Positions 9,531-22,039 of a DNA stretch of 64,000 nucleotides are shown here, in pieces; position 1 is the first letter of the stretch, and every line of letters begins with the position of its first letter. Both the position numbers and the translations under genes were made by a program. The notes under the pieces are model-generated. The model made no database searches. It saw only the letters and a program-made list of their open reading frames with translations, and was not told where the DNA came from. Origin of the DNA: Candidatus Latescibacterota bacterium (GTDB lineage Bacteria > Latescibacterota > UBA2968 > GCA-2709665); NCBI GenBank assembly GCA_965205485.1, contig OZ242180.1, forward strand, positions 736,001 to 800,000. The letters are read 5' to 3'.

Positions 9531-12500
9531 ATGCACGTTGGATGCTTAGAGATTCTCTTCAAATTTCACGGTCTGTTACCTTATTTCAATCTCTCCAGAC
9601 GGCGCCCCAGTCTTGCGAGGTCAACAGCGCTGACGGCGAAGACCTTCCTTTTCGGAGCCGCCATCCTGTTGATGCTTCCTACGAACGCGATCGCCAACGA
9701 CCCCACGGTCAGCCTCAGCGGTCCGACGTACACGTTGGGGGGCCATCCATTTGTTGTGGACATCACCTTTTCGGTGTCGGTGACCGGGTTCGAGCAGAGC
9801 GACGTGGCGGTGGGCAACGCTTCGGTTATGGCCTTCTCCGGTTCAGGGAGCAGTTATGAGATCACGCTCCATCCGTCGGCCAGCGGCGAGGTGACCGTGG
9901 ACGTGGCCGCGAACGTGGCTAACGATATCGCCGGCAATGGCAACAGCGCGGCGACACGGTGGACGGGGACCGCGGACCTGGATCCTCCATCAGTCGATAT
10001 CACGGGTCCGTCGGTCGCTCAGACCGGTTCGTTCACCGTGAACATCGCGTTTTCGGAGCCGGTGGGTGTGCACGGGCATCCCTTTGAGCAGGGGGACGTG
10101 ACGGTGGGTAACGGGTCGGTGACGGGATTCTCCGGTTCGGGGGCCAGCTATTCGATCACGATCACGCCGTCGGCCAGCGGGACGGTGACCGTGAACGTGG
10201 CGGCGGGCGGGCGTGGCCAGGGACGCAGGTGGCAATGCCAATACCGCGGCGAGCCAGTTTTCGGTACAGGCCACATTGAATTCTCCGCCGCAGATCTCGC
10301 TGCCGGGCGACCAGACGTACGAGCAGGGCCAGACGATCTCGGGAATCGATTTCAAGGTGACCGATGAAGACGGTGACGAGGTGACCCTCACGGTATCGGG
10401 GCTGCCCTCCGGATTGTCCTACACGAACTCGCTCCTGCAGGGCACGGTCTCCACCAGCGCAACGGCCCAGGACTACACCGTCACCGTCTCCGCCAACGAC
10501 GTCGTGAACCCGGCCGTGACCGGGACCTTCACCATCACCGTGACCGCGCCCGCGCCGCCGGCGAACAGACCCCCGGAGATTTCGGTGCCGGGCGACCAGA
10601 CTTACGAGCAGGGGCAGACGATCACAGGAATCGATTTCAAGGTGACCGATGAAGACGGAGACGAGGTGACCCTCACCGTATCGGGCCAGCCTTCCGGGTT
10701 GTCCTACACCAACTCCCTCCTGCAAGGCACGGTGTCCGCCGACGCGGCGACGCAGGATTACACGGTCACCGTCTCCGCCGATGACGGCGTGAACGCCGCC
10801 GTGACGGGGTCCTTCACCATCACCGTGACCGCGCCCGCGCCGCCGGCGAACCGTCCGCCGCAGATCACGGTGCCGGGCGACCAGACGTACGAGCAGGGGC
10901 AGACGATCACGGGAATCGATTTCAAGGTGACCGATGAAGACGGAGACGAGGTGACCCTCACCGTATCGGGTCAGCCTTCCGGGTTGTCCTACACCAACTC
11001 CCTCCTGCAAGGCACGGTGTCCGCCGACGCGGCGACGCAGGATTACACGGTCACCGTCTCCGCCGATGACGGCGTGAACGCCGCCGTGACGGGGTCCTTC
11101 ACCATCACCGTGACCACACCCGCGCCGCCGGCGAACCGTCCGCCGCAGATCACGGTGCCGGGCGACCAGACGTACGAGCAGGGGCAGACGATCACGGGAA
11201 TCGATTTCAAGGTGACCGACGTCGACGGAGACGAGGTGACCACAACCGTATCGGGCCAGCCTTCCGGGTTGTCCTACACCAACTCCCTCCTGCAAGGCAC
11301 GGTGTCCTCCAGTGCAACCGCCCAGGACTACACGGTCACCGTCTCCGCCGACGACGGCGTGAACCCGGCCGTGACCGGGACCTTCACCATCACCGTTACC
11401 GAGCACGCGACCACGCCCCCGGCGAATAGCCCTCCGCAGATCACGGTGCCTGGCGACCAGACTTACGAGCAGGGGCAGACGATCACAGGAATCGATTTCA
11501 AGGTGACCGATGAAGACGGCGACGAGGTGACCACAACCGTATCGGGCGCGCCTTCCGGGTTGTCCTACACCAACTCCCTCCTGCAGGGTACGGTGTCCTC
11601 CAGTGCAACCGCCCAGGACTACACGGTCACCGTCTCCGCCGACGACGGCGTGAACGCCGCCGTGACGGGGTCCTTCACCATCACCGTGACCACACCCGCG
11701 ACCACGCCCCCGGCGAACAGCCCTCCGGAGATCACGGTGCCGGGCAACAAAACGTTCGAGCAGGGCGAGACGATCACGGCTTTCTGGCCTACGGTAAGCG
11801 ATGCGGACGGCGACGCGGTAAGGCTGACACTGTCGGGTCTGCCGTCAGGGCTGTCCTACAGGAACGGCATGGTGCAGGGCACGGTGTCCGCAACCGCGGC
11901 GACGCAGGATTACACGGTCACCGTCTCCGCCGACGACGGGGTGAACCCTGCGGTCACAGCGACCTTCACAATCACCGTGACCGAGCCGGGGGGCACTCGA
12001 CCTGCGAACAGGCTGCCGGAGATCACGGTTCCTGGCGACCAGACGTACGAGCAGGGACAGACGATCACGGGAATCGATTTCAAGGTGACCGATGAAGACG
12101 GTGACGAGGTGACCCTCACGGTATCGGGCCTGCCCTCCGGGTTGTCCTACACGAACTCGCTCCTGCAAGGCACGGTGTCCGCAACCGCGGCGACGCAGGA
12201 TTACACGGTCACCGTCTCCGCCGATGACGGGGTGAACCCTGCGGTCACGGCGACCTTCACAATCACCGTGACCGAGCCGGGGAGCGCGCGACCTGCCAAC
12301 AGGCTGCCGGACATCACGATGCCGGGCGACCAGACGTACGAGCAGGGACAGACGATCACGGGAATCGATTTCAAGGTGACCGATGAAGACGGAGACGAGG
12401 TAACCCTCACTGTATCGGGCCTGCCCTCCGGGTTGTCCTACACAAACTCGCTCCTGCAAGGCACGGTGTCCGCAACCGCGGCGACGCAGGATTACACGGT

Positions 12501-15500
12501 CACCGTTTCCGCCGACGACGGGGTGAACCCTGCGGTCACAGCGACCTTCACAATCACCGTGACCGAGCCGGGGGGCACTCGACCTGCGAACAGGCTGCCG
12601 GACATCACGATGCCGGGCGACCGGACGTACCAGCAGGGAGAGACCATCACGGCCATCGATTTCAAGGTGACCGATGAAGACGGAGACGAGGTGACCCTCA
12701 CTGTATCGGGCCTGCCCTCCGGGTTGTCCTACACGAACTCGCTCCTGCAAGGCACGGTGTCCGCAACCGCGGCGACGCAGGATTACACGGTCACCGTCTC
12801 CGCCGACGACGGTGTGAACGCGGCCGTCACCGGGACCTTCACGATTACGATAACAGAGGCAGTGACGGTCACCCTTTCAGGGCCGACGAATGTTCAAAAC
12901 GGTGCATTTGACGTAACCGTCACCTTCTCTGAAAACGTCACCGGGTTCCAGCAGGGAGACGTGACGGTCGGCAACGGGACCGTGACGGCCTTCTCCGGTT
13001 CCGGAGACAACTACACCGCCACGATCACGCCTGCAGCCTCTGGAACGGTGACGGTGGACGTGGCGGCAGACGTCGCCATTGGCGCCGCGGGCAAAGGCAA
13101 CGAGGCAGCCGACCGGTTTTCAGTAATGGCGGACCTGGATGCGCCAACGGTCGGCATTACAGGGCCTGCGGATGCGCAGAACGGTCCGTTCGACGCAACG
13201 ATCACCTTCTCGGAGGACGTTACCGGTTTCGAGCAGGGTGACGTGACAGTCGGCAACGGGGCAGTGACGGCTATCTCCGGTTCGGGTGACAGCTACACCG
13301 CCACCGTCACACCGGCCGCCACCGGAACGGTCACGGTGGACGTCGCGGCCCGCGTGGCCAGGGATTCGGCGGGCAACGGAAACACGGCAGCAACCCGATT
13401 GTCGGTTCAGGTGGACGTGGATCGCCCGTCCGTCAGCATCACGGGCCCGGCGACCACGCAGACCGGCGCGTTTGATGTGAGCATCACATTTTCGGAGGAG
13501 GTCACCGGATTTCAGCAGAGCGATATAATAGTCGGCAACGGGACGGTGACGGCTTTCTCCGGTTCGGGTGACAGCTCTACCGCAACGATCACGCCAACGG
13601 CAACCGGACTGGTGACGGTTGACGTGGCGGCGAACGCGGCTGTTGATGCGGCGGGCAACGGCAACACCGCGGCGGGCCGGCTTTCGGTAACGGCGAGCCT
13701 GGACGTTTCGAATCCGGTGCTGGAGATCATAGCGCCCGAAGATAAGACGTATGCTCAGGGCGAGACGATCGCCTCGTTCGGAATCCCGGTGATAAACACG
13801 GGCGTCGGCGTGTCGCCGGGCGGCGCAAAAAGGGCATTTGCCAACGCGGATCCTCTGACGGCGATAGAAGGTGATCTGGCAAAGGTGACGGTGGGGGGTC
13901 TGCCTTCCGGGTTGTCGTTCACGTCCAGGAAAGTCGGGGGCACCGTTTCGGCGGACGCGGAAGTGAAGACCTACACGGTTGATATTAAAGCAGCCAATGT
14001 CAACGGACAGCTTGACGACGCTACGTTCAAAATCACGGTGACAGCGTCGACCGAAATGACGGTGTCCGACGCGACGGCTATCGAGGGCGATGTGCTTTCG
14101 TTCACGGTCAGCCTGGCCGACTCCATACCTGGCGGTTTGACGGTAGCGCCAGTCTTCGGAATCGGCACGGCCAGCGCGGATGTGGACTACACGCCGAACA
14201 CGGCCCCGCTCAGCTTCAAAGGCACTGCGGGCGAAGAACAGACGTTCTCGGTGGCTACAATTGAGGACGAGGTCGTGGAAGCGGCAGAGACATTTTCAGT
14301 AAGCCTGGCCGTCTCGGGCACGACGGCGAAGGTAACGGGTACCGTTACGGCAACGGGGACGATCGTTGACGACGATGCGGGAGGCGGTGCGACCGTGACG
14401 GTGGCCGACGCGTCCGCGGTGGAGGGCGAGGCGCTTTCGTTCACGGTGAGGCTGGCCAGGGCGGTTCAGGGGGGTCTTACGGTGACGCCGGCCTTCCACA
14501 ACGTTACGGCGACGTCAGGTACCGACTACTCAGAGAATACTTCACCGCTCAGTTTCATCGGTGCCGCGGGCGAGGAGCGCACCTTCACGGTATCGACCGT
14601 CGAGGACGAGCTGGAGGAGGAGGACGAGACGTTCACGTTGAGTCTCGTCGTGTCCGATGCTCCCTCCGGTGTCAGAGCCGGCGGCGCCACGGGCACGATC
14701 ATCGACGATGATGGCGCCCGCGTCTACGTATCGATCCATGACCCGGAAAGCCCGGTCGCCGAGGGTACCAGCGTGGAACTGCCGGTCAGAATGACCTCCA
14801 CCGTCGAGGGAAATGTCCAGGTGCCGTGGACCACCGACGGCGACGCGGGTCCGGCATTGGCGTCAAAGATCGCCATCGCGTCGGACGAGTCCGGCAGTGA
14901 CATACGACCGGCGCACGAACACGTACCCAGTTCCGGAACCGCCACCCTTGCGGCCGGCCAGTTGGAGACAACCATCGAGATTACCATACTCGACGACGAA
15001 GAACACGAGGACCTGGAGAGCTTCGGGATAACCCTGGGCGAGCCAACCGTCGCGAGCAGTGTCTCCCGGAGGGTATCGGTGGATCGGCGGACCGCAACGG
15101 TGACCGTCCTGGACAACGATGCGCCGCCGGTATTCGACGAAGGCGATGCGGCCATCCGCTTCGTGGTTGAGAACACCCCGCCGGGCACTGCCATCGGCGG
15201 GCCCTTTCTTGCGACGGACGCGGAAAACGACCCGCTTTCGTTCGCGCTTGGCGGGGCGGACGCAGCCGCCTTCGCCCTGGATCCGGACTCCGGCCAGTTG
15301 AGGACCAGAGAACCGCTGGACTTCGAGACAAGAAACTCGTACGACGGACTCACAGTCACCGTGGACGACGGGCACGGACACACGGACGTTTTATCCCTTA
15401 CGGTCAATGTGACCGACGCGTCGCCGCCCGACGCGCTTGACGCACCGGCGGTCGTCCGCTCATCGAGCGATCCCGAAAGTTCGCTGGACGTCAACTGGAG

Positions 15501-18500
15501 TGCGCCTGCCGACAACGGCTCGCCCATCAGCGACTACGACGTGCGGTACAGAGAAGCGGGCACAGCTACATGGAGAGACCATGCGTTTGACGGCGCGGGC
15601 GTTCGCGCTACCCTCACCGGCCTGAAGGCGGCTTCCACCTACGAGGTGCAGGTGCTGGCGAAGAACGTCGAAGGCGCCGGCGAGTGGTCGGTCAGCGGTC
15701 GCGGCTCCACCCTCGACCCTTCCGCACCCAGGGAGACGGTGACGACTGCAGGCGCAGGCGCTACGGAGGGTGCGACGTTGACGTTTGCGGTGACACTGAA
15801 CCGGACTGTACAGGGCGGTCTGACGGTCACGCCCCGATTCAGCGACGGGACGGCCGCTCGGGGCTCGGAATACGCCGCGAAGTTCACGCGCCGGTTCAGC
15901 GACCGGAGGGCTACCATAGGCACGGACTACAACACGAGCGCAACGGGCATGCGTTTCGAAGGGACGAAGGGTGAGAGGCACACGTTCACGGTGACGACGA
16001 TCCAGGACGAGGTTGTCGAATACAACGAGACGTTCACGGTGCGCCTGGACATCTCCGGCACATCGGCATCCGGTTTGACAGGGGGCTCCGCGACCGGCAC
16101 CATCACAGACGACGACAGCGGCACCGTTACAACCGGGAACAGGAAAGCATCTGAAGGCGATGGGCTAACCTTCAGGGTGACGCTGAACCGGGCGGTTCAG
16201 GGCGGTCTGACCGTCACGCCTGTTTTCAAGGACGGTACCGCGACGGCGGGAATCGACTACACGGCCAGCGCGTCACCGCTCACCTTCGCCGGCGCGGCGG
16301 GGGAAGCGCACACGTTCACCGTGGCGACGACGGAGGACGAGGCCGTTGAAGCAAACGAGACATTCACCGTCAGCCTGAGGGTGTCCAACGCGCCGCCGGG
16401 GGTGACGACGGGCGACCCCGTAACGGCCACGATCATCGACGACGACGGCCGGAACGAACCGCCGGACTTCGACGACGCCGGCCACGCGACCACGCGCGCG
16501 GTGGCTGAGAATACGCCTGCAGGCGGCCCGGTCGGCGCCCCGGTCGAGGCAACGGATCCGAACGGTGACGTGCTGAGCTATTCGCTGTCGGGGTCGGATG
16601 CCTTTGGCATCGATTCGGAAACCGGTCAGATTGCCGTTTCCGAAGGCGTCAATCTTGACTACGAAGCGGGGCCCCTGTCCTACGCGGTTACGGTGACCGT
16701 CAATGACGGAAGAGAAGGCAGCGACGTCATCGAGGTCGCCATCAGCGTCACCGACGCGGCCGAACCCCCGTCCGCCCCGGCGGCGCCGAGGGTTACCGCC
16801 GCCTCGCTGGCAAGCGTCCGGTTGGACTGGCGGGCCCCCGCCAACACCGGCCCGGCGGTGAGCGTCTACGACGTTCAGTACCGGATGCAGGGTGCAGACG
16901 ACTGGACGTCCCATGCATTCACGGGCACGAAAACGACCGCTGAGATTCGGGAGCTGGAATCCGCCGCGACCTACGAGGCGAGGGTGCGGGCAAAGAACGC
17001 GGAAGGTACCGGCGCCTGGTCGGCGCCGGGCTCCGGTCGAACCCGGGTCAACAACGCGCCGGTGGCAGTAGACGACGCCGTTACCGTGTTTCGGGGTCGC
17101 AGGACGACGTCGCTGTGGACCGGCGACCCCCGGAACGGTACACGAAGTCCGTCTGTCCAGCCACCCGAAGATTTCGACGTACCGGAACCGGAGGCGGGCG
17201 CGAAGATTGCGCCGTTGGCGAACAGCGTTTCGGCAACCGATGACGGGCACATCAGCGTATTGGCCAACGACGTCGACGCTGAAGACGACTGGAGTCTGTT
17301 GACGGCGATACTGGTCGACCCCCCGGCATACGGCCACCTGACGCTGAACGGGAACGGGACCTTCATCTACACGCACGACGGAAGCAGGGCGCCCGAAGAC
17401 CGCTTCACCTATCGGGTTGAAGACAGCGGGGGCGTCAGCAGCGATGAGGCCACGGTGACTATTTTAATAACGGGAGTGAACCTGGGGCCCGCGGTGACGG
17501 GAACCATCCCGGACCAGGTGCTGACAATGGGCACGAACGGAAGGGTCGACCTGACGGGGCTGTTCGTCGATCCGGATGGAGACCCGCTCAGTTACGAAGT
17601 CTTGTCGGACAACGGCACCGTGAACGCAAGTCTTGTGGGCAAGGTGATCGCCCTCACGCCTGTGGCAGTCTCGACCGACCGCGTTACGGTTACGGCTCGC
17701 GACCCCTATGGCCTGAGCGCGAAGCTGTCTTTCGCCGTCACGGTGGAGAACATCCAGACCAACCGCGCCCGCGCGCTGGAGCTGTCCCTGGCGGCATTCG
17801 GCCGGACGGTGCTGAGCCAGGCCGTGGATGCGGTCGCAGGCCGCTTCGAAGCCACGTCCAGGGCGCTTCGCGCCACCCTGGACGGAGGCAGGCTTGTCCT
17901 CGGACAGGCATTCAACGCCATGGAGTGGGTACACGTTGCCGCACGTCTGTTTGGCATCCCCCTGGACGCCCCGGCTTCCAGGTCCTCCATCGCAACAGCG
18001 GAGGCGTCCGGTCCGAACGCCGTTCCACCGGCCCTGAGGGCGCCCTCCGGTCGGAGTATACTGACCCGCAGTTCCTTCCAGATGGCATTGGACCGGTCCG
18101 GATCCGTAGAAAACGGATGGACGCTCTGGGGACGGGGCGCCGGCAGCAGGTATTCCGGAGATCCCACTTCGGATAATCGCCTGGACGCCAGGGTTACGGC
18201 AGCGTACATCGGCGCGGACTACCACTGGAATTCGAAGCTCGTGGTGGGTCTGGCCGCCTCGTACAGCAACGGCGTACAGGACCTGGACAATGCAGGAAAC
18301 AGTATGGGCACGTGGAAGACCCGGCTGACCAGCCTGCGTCCCTACGTTCACTGGTCCCCTACCGGGAAGCTGGGCCTGTGGGGTATGCTGGGCTTCGGGA
18401 GGGGCGACGCCATACTGAACAGCGGCTACGGCGGCCCGCTGGCAGGCACGGGCAGCAGTACGATCCAGACGGACATCAACAGCCGCTCCGCGGCGCTCGG

Positions 18501-19314
18501 CGGGCGGATGGACCTGACGCGGGTGGGCGACGTCGACCTGGCATTGACGGCGGACGCCTTCGCCGTGAGCACCGTCTCCGAAGCCGGGGCGGGGCTGAGG
18601 GCCGCCACGGGCGACGCCCAACGCATTCGCATGATGGTCAACGGCGCCACGGGCTGGTCCGTAACGCCTGATTCGCGGATGGACCTGAGCCTGGCGCTCG
18701 GCGCCCGCGTCGACGGCGGCGACGTCGAATCAGGGCTGGGCGCCGAACTGGCCGGCGTGCTCTCGTTTTCGAATTGCCGCATCGGCCTGGACGTGGAGGT
18801 GCGCTCGCACTGGCTCGCGGCGCACCAGGATCGGGACTTCAGGGAAGGGGGCCTTAGCCTGGCGCTGCGCCTGGATCCCGGCTCTGACAAGAAGGGATTG
18901 GCGCTGTCGCTAGCGCCGGAGTGGGGAGAGAATGCCTCCAGAGGAGTCGATTCGATCTGGAAAGGCGGGCGGATGCCGGCTTATCAAATCGGCAGCGACG
19001 GTTTGGACTGGCGCCCCAGTCGGACACGCGTGGCCCTGGGTTACGCACTGGAGACCTGGGAAGGCCGCGGCCGGATGGAGCCCTTCGTGGAGATGGACGT
19101 TGCGGACCGGGGACTACACCGCCTTGGCGGCGGTCTGCGCCTCAATCTACCGGGCGCCTCCGTTGGATCGGCGGGCGCTGGCAACAGCAATCTGAGGATG
19201 GAGTTGCTCGGCGAATATCGACTCACCGGGCTGAACGCCGCGACCGGAGAGTCCGCCACACGCGGCGGGAGTCGAGACTATCGTCTCGGATTGTCCCTCT
19301 TCCGGGATTTCTGA
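9531..19314 (+). CDS. Giant autotransporter-type adhesin (~3,260 aa; Ig-like, He_PIG/cadherin-like, Calx-beta, cadherin, FN3, C-terminal beta-barrel), frameshift near 10205
   Basis: Extended signal peptide ending TNAIA; Thr/Val-rich Ig repeats; Calx-beta (DEVVEAAETF, GTIVDDD); cadherin (ENTPPGTAIG, LDFETR); FN3 (WSAPADNGSPISDYDVRYR); barrel region WTLWGRG...YIGADY, ending LSLFRDF; removing a duplicated GGGC at 10205-10212 joins the two ORFs. Confidence 0.88.
10279..12860 (+). repeat. Nine near-identical tandem 285/291-nt coding repeats
   Basis: Units start at 10279, 10564, 10849, 11134, 11425, 11716, 12007, 12298, 12589 (NxPPxIxxPGDQTYEQGQTITGIDFKVTDEDGD...). Confidence 0.95.
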
Positions 19315-19347
19315 ACCGCCGCGACCGATAGCCGAATGCAGGCGTCG

Positions 19348-21735
19348 CTACTGTGTCCTACCCAGTCGATAGCCGACGCGCGGCTCGTTGAATATCCATT
19401 TGGGGTCCTTTGCGTCATCGCCCAGTTTTCGCCGGACGTTTTTGACCGCAGCGTGGAGCGGCCGCCTGTCGGTGTTGCCTCTCTTGGCCCAGATACGTCT
19501 TAGCATGTCTTCGTAGAAGACGGTCTGGCCCGCGTTGAGGGAAAGTTCCTGGAGTACGAAGTACTCGATTCTCGTCAGATCCACGAGCTGTCCGGCAATC
19601 ATGACTCTGCGGCGGGTGTAGTCGATCTTCAGATCCGCCAGTACGAACGGTTCTTTGGGTATGGCCTTGAATCGTGGGGCCCTGGCGCGCAATACCGCCC
19701 TGATCCTGGCCACCAACTCCGTGGGCGAAAAGGGTTTGGTCAGGTAATCGACAGCACCTTCGTCCAGAGCCCGGGTAACGGCGTCTTCGTGCCCGTATGC
19801 GGAAAGGAAAACAACCGGTATGTCCACGCGCTCGAAGATTTCCTTCATCAATTCGATTCCGTCGCTGCCCGGGAGCACCAGGTCCAGCAGGGCCAGTCCC
19901 GGACCATGTTCTTTCAGAAGGTCCAGAGCCTCATTCGGATTGCCCGTCACGACGGGAACGTAGCCGGCACCAGAAAGGGCATGGCGAACGCTTCGCAGCG
20001 TCTGGGGATCATCGTCCACAACGAGTATCCTGGTCCGGTCCGCACCCACCAATCTCGCGCCCGCGACGGCGTAACGGGAATCCGCACTGACAATCGCACC
20101 GGCTTCTTCGGCAACCGGTATGGTAAACGTAAACCGTGTACCCTTGTCCGGTCCATCGCTATCCGCCCAGATCCGGCCCCCATGCGCCTCAACAATGCCC
20201 TTGCATATCGACAGGCCCCAGCCACCTCCGCCGTCGTTTTCGAGGCTTGCGTCTTGCCTGCTTTGGGAGGACCTGCGGAAGAGTTGCGACATCTGCTCAG
20301 GAGACACTCCCCGCCCCCTGTCGGTTACACTGATCGCAACCTTGTCCCCATCCTGGGCGGCTTCGACACGTATGGGCGATGCTCCCGGCGAATTCTTCGC
20401 TGCGTTCGTAAGCAAGTTGACCAGAACCTGTACGATTCGGCCAGGGTCCGCCATAACGGGCGGAAGGCCGGGAGCCATTTCCATGTGGATATTGTCCCGG
20501 TCCCATCCACTCAGAACGGTATTCCGCGCCTGATCGAGCATCGCCATGACCATGGTAGGCATGGGATTGACAACGAGAGTGCCGGTCTCGATACGCGCCA
20601 CGTCCAGCAGGTCATTGATCAGGCCGGTCATCCGGTCGGCCTGTTCGCTGATTATTCTGAGGAACTGGACCATCTCGGCCTGACGGAACGGGAACGTGTC
20701 GCTCAATGCCGTCGTAGCGGAACCCTTGATTGCCGCCAGCGGCGCCCGCAATTCGTGACTGACCTTGGCAAGAAACTCAGCCCTCATATGTTCGAGTTCA
20801 TCCATAGGCGCGGTGTCCTGCAGGGTCACGACAGAGGACGACACGCGCCCGTCGTCCGAACGAATGGGCGTGGCGTTCAGGAGCGCCTTGACGCTGCGTC
20901 CGTCAGATATCTCAAAAACGACTTCCTCGGCACGTACCGTCTCGCCCTCGCTCAGCGCCTGGGCGATAGACAGTTCTTTCAGGGAAACCTGCCGCCCGTC
21001 GGCCCGGCGGATGGTCACATCTTCCAGGAAGTCTTCCAGCCGCGGTTCGCCAGTCAGCAGGCCCCCCAGGATCCTCACCGTCTCCCGGTTGTACGACACC
21101 GGCTCTCCGCTGACGGCGTCGAAGACAACCACGCCCACCGGGGCTGTGTTGACCACGGCTTCCCGGTCGGCCATTGCCCGCTGCTGGTCCCTGTAGCGCC
21201 GGGCGTTGGCGATTACCAGCGCCGCCTGGGAGGCGAACATGACCAGTGTCTCTTCGTCTTCATCGGTAAACTCCGGACCGCTCACCTTTCCGGCCAGGAA
21301 GAAGTTCCCGACGCTCTCGCCGCGGTGACGGATCGGCGCGGCCAGGAAGGACATGGTCTCGGCCGTCGATCCGGGAGCCCTCACTACCGGGAGTCCGAGC
21401 GCGCCGACGTGGCTGTATAAGTCTCGCAGACGCAGGGGTTCCTCAAATCCGCCGAGGTACTCGTGTAGCGGCGCCGCCTCCGGGAAGTTTCGCATTTGTC
21501 CGACCCAGTGAGGCGGTATGCCGGAGACAATGAATTCCTGTACTTGTCCTTCGTCGTCAGGCAGTGTGACAACGCAGTACCTCGCGTCAGTCACGGACCT
21601 GGCGCTGTCCACGACTCCCTGAAGCACTGTTTCGAAGTCAAGGCTTTCGTTGATGCGCTGGCTGGCCTGGCTCAACCGCGACAGACGCTCCCGAAGCTTT
21701 CCGTTCTCCGCCTGAAGTTTCTCTGTGAGTTCCAT
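19348..21735 (-). CDS. Fused cytoplasmic sensor-regulator: GAF-PAS-HisKA-HATPase-REC-OmpR/PhoB winged helix
   Basis: GAF (FLAAPIRHRG...FTDEDEETL); H-box SHELRAPL; NLLTNAAK; GWGLSICKGIVEAHGG; receiver ILVVDDD/LLDLVLPG/KPF; wHTH ending NVRRKLGDD...IFNEPRVGYRL; AGGAGG before ATG 21735. Confidence 0.92.
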   Translation of the reverse strand: MELTEKLQAENGKLRERLSRLSQASQRINESLDFETVLQGVVDSARSVTDARYCVVTLPDDEGQVQEFIVSGIPPHWVGQMRNFPEAAPLHEYLGGFEEPLRLRDLYSHVGALGLPVVRAPGSTAETMSFLAAPIRHRGESVGNFFLAGKVSGPEFTDEDEETLVMFASQAALVIANARRYRDQQRAMADREAVVNTAPVGVVVFDAVSGEPVSYNRETVRILGGLLTGEPRLEDFLEDVTIRRADGRQVSLKELSIAQALSEGETVRAEEVVFEISDGRSVKALLNATPIRSDDGRVSSSVVTLQDTAPMDELEHMRAEFLAKVSHELRAPLAAIKGSATTALSDTFPFRQAEMVQFLRIISEQADRMTGLINDLLDVARIETGTLVVNPMPTMVMAMLDQARNTVLSGWDRDNIHMEMAPGLPPVMADPGRIVQVLVNLLTNAAKNSPGASPIRVEAAQDGDKVAISVTDRGRGVSPEQMSQLFRRSSQSRQDASLENDGGGGWGLSICKGIVEAHGGRIWADSDGPDKGTRFTFTIPVAEEAGAIVSADSRYAVAGARLVGADRTRILVVDDDPQTLRSVRHALSGAGYVPVVTGNPNEALDLLKEHGPGLALLDLVLPGSDGIELMKEIFERVDIPVVFLSAYGHEDAVTRALDEGAVDYLTKPFSPTELVARIRAVLRARAPRFKAIPKEPFVLADLKIDYTRRRVMIAGQLVDLTRIEYFVLQELSLNAGQTVFYEDMLRRIWAKRGNTDRRPLHAAVKNVRRKLGDDAKDPKWIFNEPRVGYRLGRTQ

Positions 21736-21867
21736 GCTTTTTTCCTCCTGCGACTCCCGTCGCCTCCCGATTATCCGGCTGGACGCCGTCTGATTGGACG
21801 GCCGTGAAATCCAATCAACCTCGCACCGCTGGCACCGACACGGCAACCAAGGTACAATTTGCGCCAA

Positions 21868-21933
21868 AATTCACCAAAAATCAACAAAAAATACGGAAAC
21901 TTCAGCGCAAATTCAAACAAATTTTCCTATTGT
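21868..21933 (+). promoter_or_regulatory. Conserved four-half-site promoter, copy C (divergent from the fused regulator)
   Basis: AATTCA-N4-AAATCA-N15-ACTTCA-N5-AATTCA-N12-TATTGT. Confidence 0.75.
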
Positions 21934-22039
21934 ATTATAGCCATCTTGCTTGAACGATACCAGGAACACGGCAGCCACGCACTTTGCGTAGATTTCGGGC
22001 AGCATGATTCAAAACCCCACAACGGTCAGGAGGTGCAGA

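Noticed and set aside
10162..18890. Long minus-strand ORFs over the adhesin (and similar shadows over kinases, sppA, amidohydrolase)
   Set aside because: Antisense shadows of GC-rich coding sequence with no recognisable motifs.
21830..21844. TGGCACCGACACGGC as a sigma54 promoter
   Set aside because: Poor -12 element; the downstream gene is better explained by promoter copy C.
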